Positions 1-8,757 of a DNA stretch of 34,231 bases are shown here, piece by piece. Both the position numbers and the translations under genes were made by a program. The notes beneath the pieces are model-generated. The model ran no database searches and was not told the origin of the DNA. It saw nothing but the letters and a program-made list of their open reading frames with translations. The DNA lies in contig JYFJ02004206.1 in assembly GCA_000934665.2 (NCBI GenBank), forward strand, positions 1 to 34,231, in the 5' to 3' direction. This DNA is from Catajapyx aquilonaris (Eukaryota). Position 1 is the stretch's first letter. The number at the start of each line of letters is the position of its first letter.

Positions 1-1196
1 TGCATTTAGAAATGCCACAATCTAACACACACGTAGACCCGAGCCTCAAGGACGTGCTACCACCTATAACTCGATTTTGAAAATTTTGGCGTTTGTTTGA
101 GTTTTGATTGGTCACTCCACATATGATGGCACAAGATTTGAAAAGGGGGATCGTCAATCATGGACTTCAGTTGCCAATCGTTTTAAACAGTTGAAAGGAC
201 ATCAAATGAACAGTCTAACCCGATATGCCTTACGTCGGCGGGTAGGTCCGTTTGGAATAGCCAATAGCACAGGAAGCACACCGAGAAATCAACAGACGCA
301 CTTTGGCAGATTTTAAGAGACTTGTATGCCCTCATATGCCACCATTCATGACATTACATTACTGCAGTTGCCTTGGAACACAAAAGAGCTGTTAATCCAA
401 ACACATTTTTCAAAGCATCACCATCATGGGTGATCAAGTTCAAAGCACAGAACAATATTGTATCTAGAATCAAATTATTATTGCTTCGAGCATGATATCA
501 TTAATGTTCACAATTGCTTATCATAAAGGCTGTAAAAACTGTAAATAAATAGATGATAGATATGCTATTTTCTATACCATAACTAGTTATCCTGAGAAAT
601 ACCACCACCACCTCAGCTGCTATAGGAAACTTTAAAAGCCATTATCTCGTAAACTCTTGTATGTCAGCCGCAACAGACTTCACTTTTCGCATCAACCATG
701 TGGTTTCTTGCCCTATGCCAAGTGTCATAGGGCAACTCAACTTACAGCAAGTACCGTTCCCTTGTGAGACTGGCTGCCTTTTTACCCACCAAAAAGACCT
801 AGGCGACATAGTTGACCTGTCCGAGCTGTCATATGGACAGATAGAGAGTCTGGTAGGGAAGAAGTGACTAAAGTGTCAAGTTGCTTACCAGGGGCCTCAT
901 GACTATTACACAAATACAATTTTAGGCCAGCAAATGCCCCTGTAAGGGAATATCGACCATCTAGGCCATCTTTCAGCCAATCAACCCTTTTACATGTGAG
1001 GGTTAGATGTTATCAGAATCTGTCTTATTGGGGTTTCACTGAAGTGGCTTCTGCTGATGCCTGTTATGTGGACAGTGGAGTTGGTAGTGTGTGTTATCGA
1101 GCAGGTTGGATATGTTACCATTGATCCCTGTGGGGTAGTTACCTCCGCTACCAAGAATAGGGCCAGTAATAAATGTGATTATTTGGCTTGTTGCAG

Positions 1197-4100
1197 TGTG
1201 ACCCAAATTGAAGGACTCCACACACTGGTGACGGGCAAAATCCTCAACTGTGATCTGAACAAGGGGAATGAGAGGAGGCCTCTCCAGCCCAGGAATCCGG
1301 AACTGGTTCCTGCTCCACCTTCCCCTCCTTCTCCACCACCAGATGGGGAAGTACCAGGGTGGGTGCCACCGGCGGTCAAGAAGAGGGCCAGTTTCCTGGA
1401 CATTTCCGATGAGGAGGAGGATAATTTTTATTCTGTGTCGACTGGGGCAAACATGGATGCCACCAGGATGGGGTCCTGGGACATGGAGGAGACTAGGATG
1501 GCACAATTTGCCACAACGCAACAGAGCAGAGCAGCACTAGGAATGAATGGCAGGAACTGTGACTTGGAGGGGACATCTGGAGTCAACAAGACACTTGCTG
1601 TGGTGACTGACATGGACATGACATGCGTAACTAATAGCATGTCAGTTCCAATGGAGAACAATAATTTTGTTGCCAGAATGTACGCCAAGGAGGATGCCAC
1701 GATGGCAACAATGGGAAAGCCACATGCTGCAATGGCAGGCGCGGACAAAACATCAGTGATGGACAGATACGAGACAGTGCTCAATGACAGGAGTTTTGCA
1801 CCAACAGGGGGGGGCATGGACAAGTCAACCTTTTTTGAGGGTGATGCGGGAGCAGCCAAGAATAAGACTGTTGCTGCCTTGGTCGACATGGACATGATGT
1901 CTGTTGTTGGGGGAGAGTCAGCAGCAGTTGGGAGTAAGAACCCTGCATCGCTACCTGGCATGGGCATGATGCCATTTGTTGTTAGTGGCTCAGAAGGAGT
2001 TGGAAACAAGACTTCAGTATCTGTGGCTGACATGGACGTGACGTTATCTGTTGGCATGGAGGCATCAGCATTGAGAAACAAAACCACTGCAGCAGTCTTA
2101 GACATGGACATGACATCGATGGTTGAGAGACATGGTTTGATGGAGCAAGATAACTTTCCATCCTTGTCCGACATGCCTGCATGGTCAGTGGCAGTTGGGA
2201 ATGTTCTGAGTACAGCCAATAAAACCTTTGCAACAGTGGCTGACATGGATGTGACATCAATGGTTGGCATGGAGCCAGAGAAAGGGGAACAGAAGACCTT
2301 TGCATCAATCACTGATAAGAATGTGAAATCAGTAGTGGTTGGTAGGCCTCCAACAGCAATGGCAGAGAAGACTATTGCAGTAGTTTCCGACATGGATGTG
2401 ACGTCAGTGGTAGGAGGCAATGCAGAAACAGTTCCAAACAAGACATTTGTTCAAGTTTCCGACATGGATGTGACCTCAATGGTTGGCTCGAATCCTGCAG
2501 AAGTGGCAAACAAAACTTTTTCAGCAGAGGCCGATATGGATGTGACAGCCATGTTTGGTAGGGATCAAGCAGCAGTGGCAGACAAGACATTAGCAACACT
2601 GGCTGACATGGACATGACATCCATGGTTGGTAGAAATGTATCAGTAAAGGAGCAACAAGTGGGGAACATCTTTGAAACTTCAGCTGATATGGACATGACC
2701 TCAGTGGTGGGCACAAATTCACCAGCAGTTGGCAAAAAGAGCTTCGTTTCAGGAGCCTGTGATGTAAAGAAGACGAAGGCAAAGAAGAATCGGAAGTCGA
2801 TGGCATCACTTCCCGACATGGAGATGACGCAGGGCATGGATTTGGCGTCAGTTGTGGAAGTGGGAGCAGCTCAAGGGTGGCATAAGGGCATTTTTGAAGC
2901 AGCACAAGATGAAGATGAAGCTAGGATGTTTCAGGAATGCTTCTTTGAGACAATGAAAAGAACTTGCCAAGAAACTGCTCTGGACCAGGGCCAGCAGGTG
3001 ACAGTGGGAAAGGAAGGTGCTGCGCCGACACCACTGGACTTGGACAGGTCAGCAGTGGGAAGCAAATCGCAGGTGGCAGACAAAGAGTGGGATTTCAGGG
3101 AAGTAGTTGCAGACATGGATATGCCCATGGTTGGGGAAAAAAGGGACCAGTTAGTTGCAGATGTGGAGGGAAGCACCATGGACATGGGTGAGACAAATGT
3201 GATGGTGACAGGTAGACACAGCCCTGTGATTCCAGACATGGAGCCTGTAAAGGAATTCAACAATGCGGCAGTTGAGACCAGGCGTCTCTTACTGACAGGT
3301 GTGCAAGACGAACCTGCTTCTCTGGCAGAAATGAGGAAGAAATCTTGTCATGGAGCATTGGATGGTATGGATCACTCTCTGGTTAGCAAACCTGGTCAGA
3401 TAGCAGTCGGGGAGGCTCATTCTGAAAATCTGTCAGCAGTTGACATGGAAGAAATGAACCTATTGCCCATGAACTTTTCATATAAAGAGTCGGATAACCA
3501 GGCTGTTTTTGCCAACCTGACAGTAAGAAAAGCTGGTGGCACTGTCAAAAAAATACAACAGCTTAACAAAGATGATGTGGTGGTACATGGGTATGCAGCA
3601 ATAAATGATCCAGCCATCCAAGGTGTGCAGATGGGGTTAGCAGTGGAGCCTGTCTTAGACAGCCACCTGAAGCAGAAGTTGTCCACCTTGACTGACTGCA
3701 GTCCAATGAGTAGTCGGGCTAACAGCCAGGGAGAGAAAACTCCTCCCACATTGGAAATGAGAGAGTTGTATCCCATCTGCAACAATCAAGAAGATTACCG
3801 GACTGGGAACAGTCCTAAGAAGACTGGTAGCAAAGCAGAACTGAGGAAGACATGTACCATAACCAGCACTGAGGTCCTGAGCAATGGCAACTTGAGCGCA
3901 GATAAGGGCGGCAGTGACGCAGACAAGACTGGCTGCGCCCCAGACCTTAGGAAGGCATACACGGTCACTGACAATACCTGTGGCATAGCTGAGATGGATC
4001 TAACCAAGGGTGTGCCTTGTCATGAGCCATACCCAGAATCACCAACGTCTTACGGGCATACACTTGGTGCCACATCCATGGATCTTGCTGTGGATCAGGA

Positions 4101-4826
4101 GACACTGCAGATTGCCAAATGTCCACAGGTTGAGAGTTGTGAATCTGAACAACCTTTGCTCATCCCATGGACCACAAGAGGTCTTGAAAGCAAAACAGTT
4201 TTCATGGATCACCCAGGCATGCAAGGTGGAGAAGGACACAATAATGGAAAGCCACAGGTTGCAAAAAGCGAAGAAGAGGAAGCCTGTATGCTGGACATCT
4301 CCAGGGTGGAAACATACCAGACCCAAGTGATCACTGGCCAGGAGCTGTTTGATGTGAGTGCCTCGGTTCTCGCACCGCCTTCACCAGATGCATCGTTCCA
4401 AGTTGCTGCCCCCATTTTCGAGTCGACTCGGATGGTGCCCTGCCTACTTGCCCCTAAACACGTAACACCAGCTCCTGAGATCGTGGCGTCACCCTCACCA
4501 GAGGTGATTGCCATGCCTCAAAACGATGCAACCTGGGACGTGCAAATGAGGCACATTGAGGAACTGATGGCTGCTAGCAGGAAGGCATGGGAGTGGCCAG
4601 ATTTTTCAGCTACTTCCAGTGAGGATGAAGGTGACTCCGAAGTGGATGACCTGATGACCACAGGGGTCGCCTCTGAGGAGGCATATGAAGCATCTGGTTT
4701 GACCGATCGCACCTCTGACCGGACATTGTCAGACAAAACTATAGACAAGACAGTCAGTCCCTTCCTCACACCATCTTCCTGGTGTCATTACAACTACTGC
4801 GACTACTTTTGGGAGAATTATCCTGG
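1197..4826 (+). CDS. KNL1: KNL1/Spc105 kinetochore scaffold, large internal exon (MELT-repeat region); upstream exon(s) not identified
   Basis: Lies within ORF 1057-4830. Acceptor ttgttgcag|t at 1196/1197 and donor cctgg|gtgagg at 4826/4827. Encodes QIEGLHTLVTGKI, which resembles the EITGMNTLLSAPI segment of vertebrate KNL1 (recalled), and about a dozen [NDE]KTxxxxxDMD[MV]TS[MV]VG MELT-like repeats in a disordered, acidic, Met-rich sequence. Confidence 0.9.
1861..2715 (+). repeat. Coding tandem array of ~72-bp (24-aa) MELT-like units
   Basis: D-M-D register codons at 1885, 1957, 2029, 2101, 2170, 2242, 2314, 2389, 2461, 2533, 2605 and 2686 (spacing 69-81 bp, mostly 72). Confidence 0.9.
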
Positions 4827-4919
4827 GTGAGGAATTTTGTCCATTGTTGCTTAGGTGTAGGTTGGGTAGGAATGATTGTGAGTAAGGTTACTTATGGCTT
4901 TAAATTGTTTAATTACTAG

Positions 4920-5068
4920 GGAGCCCCTGTGGAAGATGGCATCCTGGCATGATGATTTTGCAGAGTTCACGTTCCTGGAGGACACTTTGCATGTCACAGT
5001 ACACTTTGGGTCAGCACCCAGCAAGAGGGCGGAGGTTACAAGCTTACAGCTGAAGCCAGTGCTCAAAG
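4920..5068 (+). CDS. KNL1: KNL1 exon, start of C-terminal RWD region (EPLWKMASWHDDFAEFTFLEDTLHVTVHF...)
   Basis: Acceptor ttactag|g is phase 2 and matches the upstream donor (GG+G=Gly). The W..F.FL.DTL.V.V.F pattern is typical of KNL1 RWD-N. Ends at a non-canonical AAG|GCAAG donor. Confidence 0.85.
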
Positions 5069-5905
5069 GCAAGGAGTGCATTATGACAATATTGTCCCTC
5101 TATATTGGTGTCTTGACATTTTGCTGGGAGTCTAGGGTGTCGTATTACTAATTATTTTGTGTCTTGGTAAGATTTTTTATTTAAAGTCACTTGATATGCG
5201 AGAGGATTTAGAGCTTTGAAATTTAATGCTGCAATACAGCCTAGAAAGACAATTGAAAACCAACAGAAATTAGCAAAATATTATGAAGTACACTCTCCAA
5301 TATGCATCTTCCAGGAAATTGAAACAAATTATATGAACACGGATTGGTGTTGCTTCCTGGCTCTCCCAAGCTGGTCTTTGGGGTAGGAGGCAGACAAAGA
5401 GAGATGACAATCTTTCCTCTCTCCTTTTTTTCTGTTTGCTTCTGTCTCTATCTGTCACACGTAATTGTGTCTTCTGATAGCCAGATAGCCATAGTTGCTT
5501 TGGCTCCTTCCTAATCAAACCAAACCAATCTTCGATGGAATTTGCTGTATGGGGGCGGGCATCATCATGGAATTCTCACATGCTGCAGCATCTTGGACAG
5601 CATGTACAGCAGGTTGCTTTCCATTTGATCACATGATGCAACGCCTGCTCCCTCTAGCTGCACATGTGCACATAATTTCCTGTAAGGTTTGGAGGTTATT
5701 TGGCTGCCAATCAGCGTTATTGCCTGTCCCATAGATTTTTCAGAATAAATTCAGCAAATCTTTTATTGGCTGCACTCTATACCTTTCCTTGTACTTTTGT
5801 AGGGCAAGGTTTTGCATCTTTTGCAAAGAAGTATTTGCCAAATGCAAACCCCCATGGCTTCACTTGACATTGTGCATAATGATTCTTTTTTCTGATTCAA
5901 CCCAG

Positions 5906-6239
5906 GATGTGCTAAGGACTGGGTGTATCAGCTGTGTCACCGCCTTCTTCTGCGCTCATGCAACCCGCAACTGTTGTGTGCCCGGTATCCATCAACCAAG
6001 CAGGTGCACCTCCTGATCTGGGAGCTGCAGCAGTCACACTTCTCCAAGGCAGAAGCTTTCTTAGATGACCTTCTCTGGCTCTCTGGTTGCTTTGTGGGAG
6101 CTGGACCTCTGGCTGGTGACGGAGTCACTTTCAGGATGGTCAAGGTTTCTGTTGTTAGACGATTCCGGGTCGACATCAGCTTCAGTGCTGGAGGATGGAC
6201 CTTTGGACCAGAGGATGTTCAGGTTGAAGGCCAAGCCAG
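5906..6239 (+). CDS. KNL1: KNL1 exon, RWD region (GCAKDWVYQLCHRLLL...FRVDISF...VQVEGQA)
   Basis: Acceptor ttttttctgattcaacccag|ga is phase 1 and matches the GC donor, giving the frame of ORF 5923-6243. Donor ccag|gtaagg. Confidence 0.85.
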
Positions 6240-6257
6240 GTAAGGGATTTGACTATA

Positions 6258-7528
6258 CAGTAAAACTTCTATAAGTCGAATCTCCATGGGGTCGGAAATA
6301 AAAACTTCGAGTTATAGAAGATTTGAGTTAGAGAAGTTTCGCTTTTTTAAAGCACATAACTCTGTTAGGAAGCCTACCTTTATATCCAGCGACGAAAGGT
6401 GTTCAAAACTTCAAAATAACTGTCACTATCACACTTACAATGTTCCTCGTTGTTTTGGTGTAAAAAAATCTCTGTTATGGACATTTACCTATACTGTTAG
6501 ATTCAAGGGGGAAGTAGCCTTGGTCTGGGATTTGGGATTTTTGTTCATAACTAGCTAGCCCATGCCTGTAAACATACATTCCATCACTTTGTTGCATCAA
6601 AATGACATTACTGGATAAATTACGGCACATTTAAAAGTGCCTTCAAAATTGGCGGGAAAAACGGGGCAGCCGGGTGGTGCCAATCGAAAGGGTACATTGA
6701 AATGCCTGGTTGACTGCGAGATATGAGGAATTTGACTTTGAATTAACCGCGGACACGACGGAAAGCATTCGCAAGGCGGCTGTAGACCATCGAGGTGGAG
6801 AAAAGGGGCCTTCATGTGCCGAATTCGGGTGACAGATAATTCCTACCAGTTGGCACCACTGTCAGCCCAGAAGCAGTTTGAGCGGCCTGGAATAAATACG
6901 CGCCCCGGCCGCTATCTTGCTCACGGAATGGGACGGTTGCTAACAACAGCGAAGCATTTCGCAACAATGACGGGGCGCGTTCTATAACATCATTTTTGCG
7001 TTCATTTCACTTCGCGTGACGTCAACATTTTCTAGGGAAACAGTGACGTCACCATTTCCCTACATAAAAACCCCAATTACTCCGGAACTAAAGCTGATAT
7101 CTTAAAACGGAATATGCCAAAAAAATCCAAAAAATATGGGCGAATTTATTATGTAGTTTCCAAAATGAAGGCTACTTCCCCATTGTCACAATCGAATCAA
7201 ACACTTCTTTCGGTCCGTCTGGCAGACGGAGATCAGGAAATTGAGCCTTTCTGTACATGTGGCCTACTCTCGACCCTTCGGCTGGGAAATGAGACGATTT
7301 TCCTTACTCGCCAACGTGAACTTGGACTTAGGGAGACTGAAAATGCATTGATATCCCATCGTAAGGCCCTGCCTGCACTTCGAGTTATGGAGAACCTCAA
7401 GTTATAGAAATTCAAGTTAGGGAAGTTTATTTCCTATTATTTTACATTGTGACCAACCAAGCTCGTCATTTTCTTCGACTTGTAGAGAACTTCGACTTAG
7501 GGAAGTTCGACTTATAGAAGTTTTACTA
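6258..7528. mobile_element. Non-autonomous Tc1/mariner (pogo/Tigger-like) element in last KNL1 intron
   Basis: 23-bp TIRs cagtaaaacttctataagtcgaa / ttcgacttatagaagttttacta (1 mismatch), TA on both flanks (6256-57, 7529-30), iterated subterminal ttcgagttatagaa-like motifs at both ends, no transposase ORF. Confidence 0.8.
6642..6660 (-). promoter_or_regulatory. E2F/CDE + CHR tandem motif (DREAM-type element)
   Basis: Minus strand reads TTTTCCCGC-caat-TTTGAA: E2F-type site, 4-nt spacer, CHR hexamer. Sequence match only; function untested. Confidence 0.4.
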
Positions 7529-7582
7529 TATGTTGCAGCCAGAGTGTAGTTATTTGACTCATTGATTTATTGTTGGTTATAG

Positions 7583-7703
7583 CCTTGACGACATCAGGCA
7601 GGTGGTCAAGGATACAGAAGAAGGGGAGCACAAGCTGAAGAGGTTTGTGAGGAAGCTTCACAAGTGTCTTATTTTCGAGTGGGACAAAGACATTTGTACC
7701 TGA
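7583..7703 (+). CDS. KNL1: KNL1 terminal coding exon (SLDDIRQVVKDTEEGEHKLKRFVRKLHKCLIFEWDKDICT*)
   Basis: Acceptor ttggttatag|c is phase 2 and matches the donor (AG+C=Ser). The peptide resembles the vertebrate KNL1 C-terminus (SQDDIATILSKV...LKNVVKQI, recalled). TGA at 7701-7703, candidate ATTAAA at 7843-7848. Confidence 0.85.
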
Positions 7704-7941
7704 TGTACATATTATTTGTACCTTCTTTTATTAATGAGGGCTTTTAGTAAGTTGAGCAAATAGTTTTTCCTTCAATTAGTATAACACTTGTTTTTGTGTA
7801 TTTGATAATTATGAAGTTGCCTTCAGTATGTAATATTTTTGTATTAAAGTTGGTTAGGATTTCCTATGAAAACATACTGTACCTTCCCACTCTGAACTTG
7901 GTTGCAGAACTGCATGCACAATAAGGTTCCAGACACTCATG

Positions 7942-8052
7942 GGCCCCTCCATATCCATGGATTCAACGAACCATGAATCGAAAATATTCAGGAGCGTGGG
8001 GGGAAAAACCAATAAAGAAGGTTCCAAAAAGATAAACGGGAATTTCCTGCTC
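7942..8052. mobile_element. Tigger/MER2-like DNA transposon terminal fragment
   Basis: ggcccctccatatccatggattcaacgaaccatgaatcgaaaatattc resembles the recalled terminus of MER2/Tigger-type elements. No partner TIR found. Confidence 0.45.
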
Positions 8053-8060
8053 ACAGAATA

Positions 8061-8757
8061 CAGGTAGTCCCCGGTTTATGAACGACCCGACTTACGGCGA
8101 TCCGTACTTACGAACGGGCTCCCAAGGCTCCCCAGAAGGAACATGCACAATTATTTCTCCACTGTCAGGGCTTCACTTCTTTGTACGTTGACCGACACCA
8201 AGTTCAACAGAAATATTTATTTATTTTATTTATTTATTATTTTTAATACCCTGTGATAGGGCCATGAGTTCTCATTGGGGGGTGGAACACCACCATTTTT
8301 CATTCCAATTTTCTGTGTCACCATGCAGGGAAGAAAGGACCTGAGGAAGGGACGGGGATTTTTTAGAGAGGAGGCACAGGTGCAAGTGCAATGTCGGTAA
8401 AGGGGTCGCATGCAGTCTCCTTGGAGGTTGGGTTGCCAGACGCCTCCATGGCACGGGTCACAGGCGAAAGGAAACTCTCGGGCGGCGTTCGAATCCAGGA
8501 CAGCAAGCCGAGACATTACCATCTCTGCCACCAAGCTTCCCCTGTTCAACAGAAATACTGTGCACATAATTAATAAATAATTGGGAAACTACGATCTTTG
8601 TGCATGTAAACAGACACACGGGACGTTAGCGGTTCCTTGGAGCAGAATCTTCATGCTGTAGATCCTCCTAAGACCTGGTGTCGACATTATATTGTCAACA
8701 TTGAAAAGAAGAAGAAAAAAATCAGTGAATGGGATGTAACTTTTCTGCACCTGCCTG
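8061..8757. mobile_element. Putative Tigger-like MITE (interrupted by a SINE)
   Basis: Left end ta|caggtagtccccggtttatgaac with iterated acttacg motifs. The right end ctgcctg|ta matches only weakly, so that boundary is uncertain. Confidence 0.35.
8216..8543 (-). mobile_element. tRNA-derived SINE, full length, with target-site duplication
   Basis: Perfect 14-bp direct repeat gttcaacagaaata at 8202-8215 and 8544-8557. On the minus strand: A-box-like ggtggcagagatggtaa, B-box-like ggattcgaacgcc and an (AAAT)n-like tail. Confidence 0.85.

Noticed and set aside
206..250. MNSLTRYALRRRV followed by gtaggt as a possible KNL1 first exon (RRVSF-like)
   Set aside because: The available donors are phase 0 or 1 but the 1197 acceptor needs phase 2. 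No SILK, SF continuation or bridging exon was found.
1057..1196. ATG at 1057 as KNL1 start / single-exon 1257-aa gene
   Set aside because: The first 46 codons look intronic and precede a good acceptor at 1196. The ORF stop at 4828 lies inside a splice donor, and the protein continues in downstream exons.
1428..2441. 337-aa minus-strand ORF and other antisense ORFs over 1036-4769
   Set aside because: Antisense shadows of the repetitive KNL1 exon with no independent features.
1861..2715. Regularly spaced repeats resembling a CRISPR array
   Set aside because: The units are degenerate, in-frame coding repeats in a spliced eukaryotic gene; there are no identical repeats with unique spacers and no cas genes.
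6672..6861. Nested element with 10-bp inverted repeat gtggtgccaa/ttggcaccac
   Set aside because: The TIR is short with a degraded left end and no clean 8-bp TSD, so it cannot be called.
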